DNA of 64,000 bases from Candidatus Zipacnadum vermilionense (GCA_029821755.1 JALGSV010000002.1:180797-244796), one strand, 5' to 3'; counted from the stretch's first letter, positions 10,233 through 20,782 are shown. Made by a program: numbers and translations. Notes: a model not told the origin generated them from the letters alone.

Positions 10233-10937
10233 GTGAAGTTTCTGGCTTTCGATAATACCTGGCACATCATCGCCCTGGTGTGGGGACTACTGTTAGTCCG
10301 GGTGGCGGTGCCGCGCCTGCAGCAGTTGCGCCGGCAGCGTGGTGCGATTCTGGAAGTCGTCGATTCGCTCCTGGTCGCGGTGTTGCTGGTCTTCCTGATC
10401 CTGCGACCCTTTGTGGTGCAGGCGTTCTACATCCCCTCCGGGTCCATGATCCCCACGCTGGAGATCAACGACCGCATCCTGGTCAACAAGTTCATCTACT
10501 TCTTCCGCGAGCCCGAGCGCGACGACATCGTCGTCTTCGTTTCCCCGCCCCAAGCCGATATCGCGCAGAAGGATTTCATCAAGCGCGTCATCGGTCTGCC
10601 CGGTGACCGCCTGGCCGTTCACCATGGGTACCTGTGGCGCAATGGGCAGAAGGTAGTAGAGCCCAACATCGCCGATCCCATGCTGTACACCTTCCCCGGC
10701 CCACCGGAGTTCGGGATGGTCGAGCCCAACGGAGATTACAGGTTCAATGCCGGGAGCTATACCTTCGACATCCACCAGGGCGAGTACACGGTACCGCCGG
10801 GGTACCTGTTCGTGATGGGTGATAACCGGAACCTGTCGAACGACGGGCACAAATGGGGGCCGCTGCCGCGACAGAATGTGCTGGGGAAGGCCTTCTGCAT
10901 CTTCTACCCGCCGGCGCGGGTGAGGCTGCTGAGGTAG
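10233..10937 (+). CDS. lepB: Signal peptidase I
   Basis: IPSGSMIPTL (catalytic Ser), FIKRVIGLPGD (catalytic Lys), GDNRNLSND. Confidence 0.96.
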   Translation: MKFLAFDNTWHIIALVWGLLLVRVAVPRLQQLRRQRGAILEVVDSLLVAVLLVFLILRPFVVQAFYIPSGSMIPTLEINDRILVNKFIYFFREPERDDIVVFVSPPQADIAQKDFIKRVIGLPGDRLAVHHGYLWRNGQKVVEPNIADPMLYTFPGPPEFGMVEPNGDYRFNAGSYTFDIHQGEYTVPPGYLFVMGDNRNLSNDGHKWGPLPRQNVLGKAFCIFYPPARVRLLR

Positions 10938-10959
10938 CTTCACCCCAACAACCGCCACC

Positions 10960-11050
10960 GGGTGCCGCAAGCGGCACCCCTACGGGGGCAGCTCGTTCCC
11001 GCGCAGGTCGTCGTGTCGCCTCCGAGGGCGGGCTAGACAGCCCGCCCCAC
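10960..11050. repeat. Two REP-like palindromes between lepB and rnhB
   Basis: GGGTGCCGC-aa-GCGGCACCC-CTAC (10960-10983) and GGGCGGGCT-agac-AGCCCGCCC-CAC (11026-11050). Confidence 0.7.
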
Positions 11051-11074
11051 GCGGATCGAGGTGCCCGAAACGCC

Positions 11075-11815
11075 GTGTCCTCTCCCCCTCGCTCAACCCG
11101 CCGGCCGCCTCCCTTCTCCTGGCCCCAAGAGAAGCGCCGTCTGCGGGAGGAGGGGTACGAGCTGGTCGCGGGGGTGGATGAGGTGGGGGTGGGGGCGCTG
11201 GCGGGGCCGGTGGTGGCGGCGGCGGCGATTCTGCCGCTGGAGGCACGGTTCCCCGGGTTGCGCGATTCCAAGACCATGACTCCCGAGCAGCGCGAAGAGG
11301 TCTACGCGCGGGCGCTGCGGCGGGGCTTGACCTGTGCGGTGGGGCTGGCGTATGTGCAGGAAATCGACAGCCTCAACATCTTCCACGCGACGCGTCTGGC
11401 CATGAACCGGGCCGTGCACTGCCTCTCCCCTACCCCCGACTACCTGTTGATGGATGGCCACTTGCCCCCGGACTTCGGCTTGCCCTGCCGGGCGGTGGTG
11501 AAGGGCGACGCCCTGTGCCCGGCCATCTCCCTGGCTTCGATCATCGCCAAGGTCTACCGCGACCGCCTCATGTGCCGCCTATCCCTGCTTTTCCCGCACT
11601 ACTACTGGGAGGAGAACAAAGGCTACGGGACCGCCCCGCACTGCCGGGCGCTGGAGATGTACGGCCCCTGCCCGGTGCACCGACGCAGCTTCTCTCCCGT
11701 CGGACGCTTGCAGCAATTGTCGCTCGTCTTTGAGGAAACGGGGCCTGGGGAAACGTTAGGGGAAGTGGGAGAGGGTAGAATAGAGGAGGACTACGGCCGG
11801 GCAGAGGGGGAGTGA
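11075..11815 (+). CDS. rnhB: Ribonuclease HII
   Basis: AGVDEVG, DSK, LMDG, KGD...[24 protein letters not shown]; probable GTG start at 11075. Confidence 0.93.
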   Translation: MSSPPRSTRRPPPFSWPQEKRRLREEGYELVAGVDEVGVGALAGPVVAAAAILPLEARFPGLRDSKTMTPEQREEVYARALRRGLTCAVGLAYVQEIDSLNIFHATRLAMNRAVHCLSPTPDYLLMDGHLPPDFGLPCRAVVKGDALCPAISLASIIAKVYRDRLMCRLSLLFPHYYWEENKGYGTAPHCRALEMYGPCPVHRRSFSPVGRLQQLSLVFEETGPGETLGEVGEGRIEEDYGRAEGE

Positions 11816-12459
11816 GAGGGATGAGGCGGGCGAGGGGACGGGGGTTCACGCTGATTGAGCTGCTGGTGGTGATCGGCATCATCGCCATCTTAGCAGCGCT
11901 GCTGTTTCCCGTGTTCGCCACGGCGCGGAAGAAAGCCCAGGCCGCGCAGTGCCAGTCCAACCTCAAGCAGATCGGGCTGGCCATCGAGATGTATGCCTCC
12001 GACTGGGACCAGCGCTTCCCCTTTGGCATTGACTGCGCCGACTACTACTGCCCCGAGATCTGGAACGGCTTCCCCCAGTACCAGGCGTGGATCCCCTACA
12101 TGGCTTTCGTGCATGTGGTGCTGGACCCGTATGTGAAGAACAACGAGATCTGGCACTGCTCGAGGGACAGCGGCTACGACATACTGGAGGACACCAGCCT
12201 GCCGCTCAACGGGCGGCCTACCTCGTTCGAGGCGCTGGGGAGCAGCTATCACTTTCGCACCGAGCTGGCCTTCAGCGGGGCGGGGCCGAGCACCATAGAG
12301 AACGCGACGGGGATCAATGTGATGTTCGACGCCTGGGGAGGCTGGCACGGGAGTGAGGGGTACAACCGGGGGCGCTGGAACATCCTGTTCGCCGATGGGC
12401 ACGTCAAGAGTGCAGATCGGAAGGCCTACGATGCAGCCTGGGCGACGCCAACGCAGTGA
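11812..12459 (+). CDS. Prepilin-type N-terminal cleavage/methylation protein with DUF1559-like and H-X9-DG processing motif
   Basis: G|[40 protein letters not shown]. Confidence 0.88.
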   Translation: MRGMRRARGRGFTLIELLVVIGIIAILAALLFPVFATARKKAQAAQCQSNLKQIGLAIEMYASDWDQRFPFGIDCADYYCPEIWNGFPQYQAWIPYMAFVHVVLDPYVKNNEIWHCSRDSGYDILEDTSLPLNGRPTSFEALGSSYHFRTELAFSGAGPSTIENATGINVMFDAWGGWHGSEGYNRGRWNILFADGHVKSADRKAYDAAWATPTQ

Positions 12460-12464
12460 CGAGC

Positions 12465-12820
12465 CTCACCCCCTGCCCCCTCTCCCTCGCTACGCTCGGG
12501 AGGAGGGGGTTCCGAGGGGGAGACGCGCCGCCCTTGCCCCCGATAACCCGGAATGCTCCAACACCGCCGGAGGCGACCACGTTGGGTCGCCCCTACCTGT
12601 CAGGAGGTTCGGTCAGTGGCCCTTGGGGACGGATGCCGGTGCCCCCGGCGACGGGGTAGGGCGGGGAGGGCAGACCACAGTGCGGGCCACCCTGGCACCG
12701 GCGAGACGCTGGTGCCACCGGGAGCAGACCACAGTTCCAGCCACCGCCGGGCGGCACTGAAGTGCCGCCCCTACCGAGCGCGTCCCCTTCCACCTCTCGC
12801 TTCTCGCCTCCCGCCTCTAT
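12465..12820. repeat. Composite cluster of several REP-like palindrome types between convergent genes
   Basis: CCTCACCCCC-type at 12465, CTAC-ended hairpins at 12572-12596 and 12749-12774, GGCACCGGCGAGACG-type at 12693-12724, heptamer run near 12793-12820. Confidence 0.75.
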
Positions 12821-13527
12821 GACGGCTTCCCCAGGAAAACCATCAGCAGGTTGGTGTAGTCACCCTCCCAGCGGTACAGACTAGTGCCAGGCTCGTTCCA
12901 CGGCCGGCCTTCCGTGGCCAAGCCCCATTGGGCGGGGTCTATTCTGTCCGCCTGGGCGGGGTTGGGGGCGCCGAGCGCCAGGCCGTCGCGGCAGATGAGC
13001 ACCCCGCGGCCGTTGTAGTACATGTACCCGATCCCCACCATGCTCAGGCACTGCTTGGTGCGACCGTGGGCGAAGACGACGCCATGCTCGTCGCCGCGGT
13101 GGTAGGTGTAGGTGATGATGACCGGGCGGTTCTGCTTGATTCGGGCCACGTAGTCGCCGAAGGTGCAGGTCTCGCCGTACTGGTCGGAGTAGCGGCAGCG
13201 CTCCTTGACGGGGGTGCTGGGGTAGCCGCGGGCGTTGAAGAGCTTCTGCATACCGCCGGCGATATCCCAGTTGATGTCGGCGCCGCCGCAATCGCAGGCC
13301 TGCATGTAAACCCAGGCGGAGTGCATGAGGGTCTTGTCGCTCTCGGCGCGGCGGCGCAGGCCGTGGTAGTCGGTGACCCAGCCGCCAGCGGTAGCGTGGG
13401 AGTTGTACTGGGGGGAGAAGGCCGGGCCGGGGGCGTCAAGAACGCGCCAGGCGACCTCAGCGGCGGGGGCCGCCGAGGCCAGCGCATAGAGCAGGCCGAG
13501 TGCTATTCCCAGGGCGATTGGTCTCAT
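12817..13527 (-). CDS. Secreted hypothetical protein, possibly a degenerate papain/C39-like fold
   Basis: Signal peptide; ...GY...I...RPVII...VGIGY pattern; no clear catalytic Cys/His pair. Confidence 0.6.
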   Translation of the reverse strand: MRPIALGIALGLLYALASAAPAAEVAWRVLDAPGPAFSPQYNSHATAGGWVTDYHGLRRRAESDKTLMHSAWVYMQACDCGGADINWDIAGGMQKLFNARGYPSTPVKERCRYSDQYGETCTFGDYVARIKQNRPVIITYTYHRGDEHGVVFAHGRTKQCLSMVGIGYMYYNGRGVLICRDGLALGAPNPAQADRIDPAQWGLATEGRPWNEPGTSLYRWEGDYTNLLMVFLGKPS

Positions 13528-13589
13528 GATCGTCGCGTGGGCGAACGGGCGGATGTTTCGCGAGGTACGGCTTCGCGAAACATTCGCCC

Positions 13590-16500
13590 CTACTTCAACT
13601 CCACCCGCACCGTACTCATTTTCGGCACGGCGACCTCGACCTCCTGCTTGGCGGCGAGGAAGGTGGCTACCGGGAGGGTTACCGTCACTTGCAGGTCGGT
13701 GTCAGTGGGGTTGTGAACCTCTACGTAGGTCTTGCCGTCGGCGTTGCTGGGGAGGAGGGTGACCCAGACGTCCGGGTTGTCGGCGGTCACCACGTTCCCG
13801 ATATAGAGTTTCTGCTCGCCGGGCTTGGTGTCAAGGGTCGTGTACGCGGCGCCCTGCCAGACACCGAGCGGGTACCATTCGTTCTTCGCCAGATCCACCT
13901 TCGCCGCGGTCCACTTGTCGTAGATCCCTGTTACCTTGATCGGCAAGCGCTGGGGGAGGTCGGCCTGGCCGATAGTGCCGGACCAGCCGGAGTTGTCCGC
14001 GGCCAACTCCAGCAGGTAGCGACCGCTGGTGCCCTTGCCCTGGGTGGAGCGCAAGCTATAGGCCGGAGGCTGCCCGCCGATGCCATACTGGTCGCGGAAC
14101 TTGGTGAACTCGCCGATCGGATCCTCGCTGGGGGCCCCGCGGAACTTCACGTTGAGCACGCGCGCCCACGTCTTGGTCCCCGGCGCCAGGGCAGGTGTAT
14201 CGAACTGCCCCAGGTACAGGCGGAACCACTTCTTCGAGGGCACCGACTCCAGAACCACGTCCAGCTTTTCCGCCAGCAGGTACATACCCTCGCTGGCCGT
14301 AGGGAAGATGACGCAGTCCCCCGGGTGCAGCGTCCCCCGCCAGCCCTGCACCTTCTGGTCGGCGGAGGGGCCTTCCTCGTGGGTGCCGTCGGCCCGGAGG
14401 ACGATGTACTGGAACACCTTGCCGCTCCAGCTTGCCGTCCACTGCTGGGCGAAGCCGTTCCACCCCTGCTTGAGGGTGACGCCGGCGGGGTCGGTGACGG
14501 TAGTGGATAGCTCGGCCATGACCGGGGCGGGGTAGACGGGCTTGCGGTAGAAGTGCCACTGCGCCATCTCCGCCGCCACCTTCGGCTCGTCCAGGTCCAC
14601 GTAGGGGTTGTGCCCGAAGACCTCCTGGTGGGGGCCGTTGAGACTGCGCTTGAGGATGGGGGTGTCGAAGACGATGCCATCCGCTCCCTCCCAAGGACGC
14701 TGGATCCTGTGGATGGGCGGGCGGCTTTCGGTCTTAGTCGGGTCGGTGGCCTCCAGGTACATGTTGGGATTGACGCTGAACTCGGTGCCCCCGCCGGAAC
14801 CGTCAATGCCGGGCAGGCCCTCCGCCAGGGCCACGGTGCCGAAGTACAACCGCCCGGCCTTGTAGAGCATGCTGGTCGCCGGGACCAGGTGATTGCGGCC
14901 GTCAGCCTCACGGATCGTCGAGCCGCCGCTCATGATGTTGCAGCGATCCGAGCAGAAGTACTGGTACATGAGGGTGTCCTGGACCTCGGAGCTGCCCGTC
15001 ATCGCCCTATGGCCCTGCTCGTCCTCCACCACCGCGCAGAGAATGTGGCGCATGTCGTGCACGCCTTCGATGTTGATCTCCGCGGTGGTGCCAGTCAGGG
15101 CCAGGCGGCGGAAGACGCGGGTGCTGTCGTAGAAAGTCACCGACTTGAGCGGGACCTCGGAGGTCACACGCAGCGAGGCGCGCCAGCGCTCGGTGCCGGG
15201 GACGTAGAACTCGCCGTAGGTGTTGCGCATCCCGTTGGAGATGTACCAGTTGTGGATCTGTGGGCCGCTAGAGACGTAGCTGATACTGGAGCCGGAGAAC
15301 TGCGGGCGAGTGAAGGTCTCCTCCATCTGCGTGGCGTTGCCGGCGGAGATGTAGGTGTGCTCCGTTACCGCGGCAAGCTTGTCCGGGGCACTGAGCAGGT
15401 TCACCACGATGATCCGGCTGCGGTCGCCCTGCTCCTGGTTCTGCAGGAAGCCCTCGACCGCCTCGTCCACCAGCTCGCCGTCCTGGTAAGTGCGCACCGC
15501 AAAAGTGTCGTAGCCGCTGTGGAGCCAGGTAGGGTACTGGCCCTGCGAGAAGAGGAAGGGGGCGCGGCAGGGGAAGTTGCAGTCGCTCATCCAGTAGCCG
15601 AGGTGGTCCTGGACCCGCTGGGGGTCTTTCTTCGACAGGCGGCTGTCCTTGGGCCAGGACTGCGCGCCGCACTGGACAAAGTGGTTGTTCTGGTCGTCCA
15701 AGGTGATGAGGGCGGGGACGGCGACGAAGGTGTCGGTACAGGCGGCTTTGCACTCGGCGCAGAGTTGGTCCCAGGCGGCCCTGTCCATCTTGGTGAAGTC
15801 GCCGGTGAACACGAGCCAGGAGAGGCCCTGGGCCTGAGCGGCGGCGACCCATTCGGTCACGGTGCCGCTGCCGCCGCCGAGGGCGGGAGTGGCGCCGATG
15901 ACGCCCTTCCTATAGGGCAAGTCACCGCCAACTGCGCCGGGCGGGTCCCACTTGATCGGCGCGGCAACCTTAGGCTGGAAGGGCGGCTTGACCGGGGGGA
16001 CGAAGCCGCCGAACTGGCCGGCGCTGGGCTGAGTCAGCCACCTGAGGGAGGAAATCAGCAGGGGCAGGCCGTCGCTCGTGACCCCGTTCAGGCCGGCTTC
16101 CATACCAATGCGGCCCCACATGCGGTCGGCGTAGGGGGAGTAGCCGTAGCCGAAGAAGGAGATGGTGGACTCGCCGCCGTTCAGTACGACACGCCCCTGA
16201 CCAAACGGGCGGGCGGCGTAGATGACGGCGGTCTTGTCCTGGACGCCGGAGGCGAGGGGAGAGGGCGGGCCGTCCCAGGAGGGATCCTCGTAGGGGACGG
16301 ACTTGAAGCCCTCGGAGGTGCGGATGAGCGGGGTCCAGTCGGCGCTCAGGGAGAGCGGGCGGGTCCAGGGGCCGTAGGAGAAGGGGCCCACGGTATACCA
16401 GTAGTTCTTCACCCCAGCGGTGGCCGGATGGGCGGCGAGGCTGTCGGCGAGGGCGTAGAGCACCTTCTGCCCCTCCGGCTGGCGCTGTTCCTTCGGCTCG

Positions 16501-16967
16501 TCGCGCAGGAGCTCGAACAGGACCTCAGCGCCGAAGGGTTTGAGGAACTTGTTGAGGCTGTCATTGGCCCAGCCCTGGCCCATGTGGGTGAAGGAGACGC
16601 CATAGACATAGAGGCCGCCGCCCTCGGTCACGAAGCGCTGCAGTAGGTCGCTCACCCGCTTGAACCCCTCCGGGCTGATCTCGACGGCGTTGACGTCCCG
16701 CGTTCCCTCGTAGAGGCGAGACATGTCGAAGAGGATGACGGCGTTGAACTGGCTGAGCTTCTCCCAGGTGATCTCGTTGAAGCCGCAGGCGCCGACCGTG
16801 AAGCCGTAGTCCATGGTGAGCTTCTGCGGCAGGGCCCAGTCGGCCAGTTCCGAGCCCTGGTGGAGGAGCAGGACGGCGGGCCGGGCCGGGCCCTGGGCGA
16901 GGAGGGGAGCGGCCAGCAGGAGGGCAGTGAGAGAGAGCACCAGGGCGAAGGGCACGGCTCTAGGCAT
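13590..16967 (-). CDS. Large (~1125 aa) secreted multidomain hypothetical protein; possible GATase-like and PHP-like segments
   Basis: Signal peptide MPRAVPFALVLSLTALLLAAPLLA, GGAGG upstream of ATG 16967, host-like GC3. Confidence 0.75.
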   Translation of the reverse strand: MPRAVPFALVLSLTALLLAAPLLAQGPARPAVLLLHQGSELADWALPQKLTMDYGFTVGACGFNEITWEKLSQFNAVILFDMSRLYEGTRDVNAVEISPEGFKRVSDLLQRFVTEGGGLYVYGVSFTHMGQGWANDSLNKFLKPFGAEVLFELLRDEPKEQRQPEGQKVLYALADSLAAHPATAGVKNYWYTVGPFSYGPWTRPLSLSADWTPLIRTSEGFKSVPYEDPSWDGPPSPLASGVQDKTAVIYAARPFGQGRVVLNGGESTISFFGYGYSPYADRMWGRIGMEAGLNGVTSDGLPLLISSLRWLTQPSAGQFGGFVPPVKPPFQPKVAAPIKWDPPGAVGGDLPYRKGVIGATPALGGGSGTVTEWVAAAQAQGLSWLVFTGDFTKMDRAAWDQLCAECKAACTDTFVAVPALITLDDQNNHFVQCGAQSWPKDSRLSKKDPQRVQDHLGYWMSDCNFPCRAPFLFSQGQYPTWLHSGYDTFAVRTYQDGELVDEAVEGFLQNQEQGDRSRIIVVNLLSAPDKLAAVTEHTYISAGNATQMEETFTRPQFSGSSISYVSSGPQIHNWYISNGMRNTYGEFYVPGTERWRASLRVTSEVPLKSVTFYDSTRVFRRLALTGTTAEINIEGVHDMRHILCAVVEDEQGHRAMTGSSEVQDTLMYQYFCSDRCNIMSGGSTIREADGRNHLVPATSMLYKAGRLYFGTVALAEGLPGIDGSGGGTEFSVNPNMYLEATDPTKTESRPPIHRIQRPWEGADGIVFDTPILKRSLNGPHQEVFGHNPYVDLDEPKVAAEMAQWHFYRKPVYPAPVMAELSTTVTDPAGVTLKQGWNGFAQQWTASWSGKVFQYIVLRADGTHEEGPSADQKVQGWRGTLHPGDCVIFPTASEGMYLLAEKLDVVLESVPSKKWFRLYLGQFDTPALAPGTKTWARVLNVKFRGAPSEDPIGEFTKFRDQYGIGGQPPAYSLRSTQGKGTSGRYLLELAADNSGWSGTIGQADLPQRLPIKVTGIYDKWTAAKVDLAKNEWYPLGVWQGAAYTTLDTKPGEQKLYIGNVVTADNPDVWVTLLPSNADGKTYVEVHNPTDTDLQVTVTLPVATFLAAKQEVEVAVPKMSTVRVELK

Positions 16968-17139
16968 GGGAGGACCTCCATGTGGAGTATACCAACAACA
17001 GCGCCGCAGGGGTACTACGGGGTCCGGGGCACAAGGCAAGCGGGCAGGCCGAGGCCGCGGTGGTGAGCATGCAGGTGCCCGGTAGGCTAGTGGCTAATCT
17101 ATCTCCAGTTTCCCCATCCTCGCTGAGGTGAATCTCACC

Positions 17140-18672
17140 ATGCTTGCCAGGATCAACAGCGCTACCTTGCTGGGTATTGACGCCGTTGCGCTCCAGATAG
17201 AAGTGGACATAGCGCGCGGGTTGCGCAGCTTCACCATCGTGGGCCTGCCGGATGTGGCGGTGCGCGAGAGCCGCGAGCGGGTCGAGTCGGCTATCCGCAA
17301 CTCCGGGTTCGACTTCCCCATTGAGCGCATTACCGTCAACATGGCGCCGGCGGATATTCCCAAGCGCGGGCCGTCGTTTGATCTGCCCATTGCGCTGGGG
17401 ATTCTGGTGGCGACGGGGCAGGTGAGCATCGAGAACCTGGATGAAGTGGTGCTGGTCGGGGAGCTGTCGCTCGATGGGCGCATCCGGCGCATCTCGGGGG
17501 CGCTGCCGGCGGCGCTGGGGGCGAAGGAATGGGGGGCGCGAGCGCTGATCGTGGCCCCGGACAACGGGCGGGAGGCGGCGGTGGTGGAGGACCTGGAGGT
17601 GTACACCGCCGAGACGCTCTACGACTGCGTATCGCTGCTGGAGCAGGGGCTGCTGGAGGAGCCGGTGCACGTGGACCCGGCGGACCTGGCGCTGGATACA
17701 CCGCTGTATTCGGTGGACTTCGGGGATGTGAAGGGGCAGGAGCACGTTAAGCGCGCGCTGGAGGTGGCAGCGGCGGGAGGCCATAATCTCATTATGGTGG
17801 GGCCGCCGGGGAGCGGCAAGACCATGCTGGCGCGGCGGCTGCCGACCATCCTGCCGCCGATGTCGCGGGGCGAGGCGCTGGAGGTGACCAAGCTGTACAG
17901 TGTGTCGGGGCTGGTGGGGCGGGATACGGCGCTGATTACCACGCGGCCCTTCCGGCACCCGCACCATACGGTGAGCACCGCGGGGCTGGTGGGCGGGGGG
18001 AGCATCCCGCAGCCGGGGGAGGTGAGCCTGGCGCATCATGGGGTGCTGTTCCTCGATGAGCTGCCGGAGTTCTCGCGGAGCGCGTTGGAGGTGATGCGCC
18101 AGCCGCTGGAGGACGGGCACGTGACCATCGCGCGGGCGCAGCTCACACTGACCTTCCCGGCGCAGCTCCAACTGGTGGCGGCAATGAATCCCTGCCCGTG
18201 CGGGTACTTTGGGGACCAGGTGAAGCCGTGCTCCTGCACGACGGCGGCGGTGCAGCGGTACCGGAACCAGATCAGTGGGCCGCTGCTGGACCGGATCGAC
18301 ATCCACATTGAGGTGCCGCGGCTGACGCCAGATGAGCTGCTGAGCAAGCAGGTGGGGGAGCCGTCCGCGGCCATTCGCAGTCGGGTGATCGCCGCGCGAG
18401 AGCGGCAGTCGGCACGGTTTGCGGGCAAAGGGTTCTTCTGCAACGCGCAGATGGGCAGCCGGGCCCTGCGGGAGTTCTGCGGGCTGGACGGGGAGGCGGA
18501 AGCGCTGCTGCGAGCGGCGATAGACCAGTTCGCCCTCTCGGCAAGAGCGCATGACCGCATCTTGAAGCTGGCGCGGACCATAGCGGACCTGGACGGGAGC
18601 GAGGGGATAGGGGTGCCGCACCTGGCCGAGGCGGTGCAGTACCGGAGCCTGGATCGGAGGTTGTGGGGATGA
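17140..18672 (+). CDS. comM: ComM/YifB Mg-chelatase-like AAA+ helicase
   Basis: [73 protein letters not shown]. Confidence 0.95.
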   Translation: MLARINSATLLGIDAVALQIEVDIARGLRSFTIVGLPDVAVRESRERVESAIRNSGFDFPIERITVNMAPADIPKRGPSFDLPIALGILVATGQVSIENLDEVVLVGELSLDGRIRRISGALPAALGAKEWGARALIVAPDNGREAAVVEDLEVYTAETLYDCVSLLEQGLLEEPVHVDPADLALDTPLYSVDFGDVKGQEHVKRALEVAAAGGHNLIMVGPPGSGKTMLARRLPTILPPMSRGEALEVTKLYSVSGLVGRDTALITTRPFRHPHHTVSTAGLVGGGSIPQPGEVSLAHHGVLFLDELPEFSRSALEVMRQPLEDGHVTIARAQLTLTFPAQLQLVAAMNPCPCGYFGDQVKPCSCTTAAVQRYRNQISGPLLDRIDIHIEVPRLTPDELLSKQVGEPSAAIRSRVIAARERQSARFAGKGFFCNAQMGSRALREFCGLDGEAEALLRAAIDQFALSARAHDRILKLARTIADLDGSEGIGVPHLAEAVQYRSLDRRLWG

Positions 18673-18719
18673 CTGTCGGCCACTCGGACTGTTGCGTAGC
18701 GGACCCCCAAGGAGGGGAC

Positions 18720-20039
18720 ATGAACGACACGAGATCATTCACCAACATTGAATTGGGCTGGCATCTCCGCTCAGTTGACTCTCCCGTTCTTGTGCAGATT
18801 CCCACACCTAACATCGCCTACCACACGGCGGTACTAGCGCAATCTGGGGCCGGTAAGTCGTCCTTTCTCGGCAGGCTGGTTGAGGAGATATTGCTCAAGA
18901 CCAAGGCCAGGATCGTCATCATCGACTCGAACGGGGACTTTCGTAGTCTCTGGGATCCTGATGACAAGGCTTGGCAGCCCCGCGACACGGGTGAGGCGTG
19001 GCCCCGTGTGGGAGCGAACGACAAGAGCTTTGATGAATTCGGCGAAGCCTGGCACAGATGCGCAGAGGGCGACCGAACCGCCGGCGGTAGAGGCCAATAC
19101 CGCATCCACTGGCAGAGGCTATCGTCCCTCGACCAGGCCGCACTGCTAGGGATTGACCCCTCCCGTGAGCCCAAAGCGTGTGCGCTCCTCATGTGCTTGG
19201 ACGGGCACTTCAAGACGGAGATCGCCGAGAAAAAACTGGCCTTTTACGGCCCTAAGGAGGTTCTCAAGGAGGCGGCAGCCCGGCGCCATGGGGAGGCCAA
19301 GCACGATCCTGAGCTTGCAGAGGCGGCGGACCGTCTGTGGACGGCCCTCAGTATGGTCAGCGGCTGGGATGACGTATGGGCGACCGAGGACGGTGCTGGC
19401 GATTTGGGTGACATGGTCGGTTCGTCGGGCCGACGTCGGAACATAGTCGTGGACCTGCCCTCGATTGCCGCCGAAAGGGGGCGTTCTGTTACAGCTCTCC
19501 GGGTCCTCGACGCGGTGTGGAACCGCGCGCGCTGTGAGTGGGAACAGGCGATCAAGACGCGCGACACGCGTCGAGAGGGGGGTGAGGAGTGGCACGACAG
19601 GCGGACGCCCACCTTCATTGTTCTCGATGAAGCGCACAACTTCGCGCCCGACGTGGCCGCCGACCCTCTTACCGCGCTGGTATCGGATCGCGTACGCCGG
19701 ATCGCTGCGGAGGGCCGGAAGTATGGGCTGTTCCTCATTCTTGCCACGCAGCGTCCTCCAAAGGTGACGCCGGGCCTTCTCGCCGAATGCGAGAACGTCG
19801 CCTTGTTGCGCATGCAGTCTACGGTCGACCACTGCACCGCGGCGGACACGTGGGGGGTACCTTTCGAGGAGGTCGTCCGAACGCGGCACTTCGGGAAAGG
19901 GGACGGTCTGCTCTTTGGGCGATGGGTGCAAGCGGTGACACCCTTTCACAGTGCCTTCCGCCGCACCAAACAGGGCGGCAGCGACTTGGACAAGGAGTAT
20001 TGGGCTCGTCCGTTCACCCCCGAGGCAGGCGAGGAGTAA
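18720..20039 (+). CDS. HerA/FtsK-superfamily (DUF87-like) P-loop ATPase lacking an N-terminal HAS barrel
   Basis: Walker A AQSGAGKS, Walker B FIVLDEAH, EGRKYG, ATQRP; visibly lower GC3. Confidence 0.85.
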   Translation: MNDTRSFTNIELGWHLRSVDSPVLVQIPTPNIAYHTAVLAQSGAGKSSFLGRLVEEILLKTKARIVIIDSNGDFRSLWDPDDKAWQPRDTGEAWPRVGANDKSFDEFGEAWHRCAEGDRTAGGRGQYRIHWQRLSSLDQAALLGIDPSREPKACALLMCLDGHFKTEIAEKKLAFYGPKEVLKEAAARRHGEAKHDPELAEAADRLWTALSMVSGWDDVWATEDGAGDLGDMVGSSGRRRNIVVDLPSIAAERGRSVTALRVLDAVWNRARCEWEQAIKTRDTRREGGEEWHDRRTPTFIVLDEAHNFAPDVAADPLTALVSDRVRRIAAEGRKYGLFLILATQRPPKVTPGLLAECENVALLRMQSTVDHCTAADTWGVPFEEVVRTRHFGKGDGLLFGRWVQAVTPFHSAFRRTKQGGSDLDKEYWARPFTPEAGEE

Positions 20040-20041
20040 GC

Positions 20042-20782
20042 ATGCCTCGCACCATCCGCATCGCCGCTATTCCTGTCGCTACGCTGGATGGATTGGTGGA
20101 GTCGAACTATGCGCGGGCCTTGCGGCTGGGGGAGATTGCCTTGGAGGCTAAGCCCGACCTGATTCTGTTTCCGGAGGCCTATGCCTGCGGGTACTGCGGG
20201 ACGGAGCTTCTGCCCTATGCGGAGGAGCTGGAGGGGCCCTTCCAGGAGGCGCTGGGGGAGCTGTCGGCGCGGGGGAATTGCGTGGTGGTGAGCGGGCTAT
20301 TGGAGAAGGTGGCGGGAGGGGTGCGGAATACGGCGGCGGTGTTTGAGCGCGGGGTGCTGCGGGGGACGCATGGGAAGACGGCCATGTGGGCCGACGAGAA
20401 GCGGCCGTATCGGGATGAGGTCTCGCTGATGGTGCCGGGGACGGAGCTCGAAGTCTTCGAGACGCGGGCGGGGCGGTTCGGGGTGCTGATCTGCTACGAG
20501 AACCGCTTCCCGGAGAAGTGGGACGAACTGGCGCCGCAGGTGGACTTTATCCTCAGCCCCTACAACTGCGAGGGGGACCCCTCGTTCATCAACAAGGTGG
20601 AGTCGCCGCGGGTGGGGCGGCCCTCGGCATGGGCCTGCCGGACGGGGACGGTCTACCGCGGGCCGGACGGGTGGGGACCGAACCTGGGGACGGCGGGACT
20701 GATCGACGCGGCGGGTAACGTCATCGCCTGCTCGCGGGAGGGCGTGGAAGAGATCGTGACTGCGGAACTGCCGCTGGCGTAG
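20042..20782 (+). CDS. Carbon-nitrogen hydrolase (nitrilase superfamily)
   Basis: LFPE (Glu), HGK (Lys), ICYE (Cys) triad. Confidence 0.88.
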   Translation: MPRTIRIAAIPVATLDGLVESNYARALRLGEIALEAKPDLILFPEAYACGYCGTELLPYAEELEGPFQEALGELSARGNCVVVSGLLEKVAGGVRNTAAVFERGVLRGTHGKTAMWADEKRPYRDEVSLMVPGTELEVFETRAGRFGVLICYENRFPEKWDELAPQVDFILSPYNCEGDPSFINKVESPRVGRPSAWACRTGTVYRGPDGWGPNLGTAGLIDAAGNVIACSREGVEEIVTAELPLA

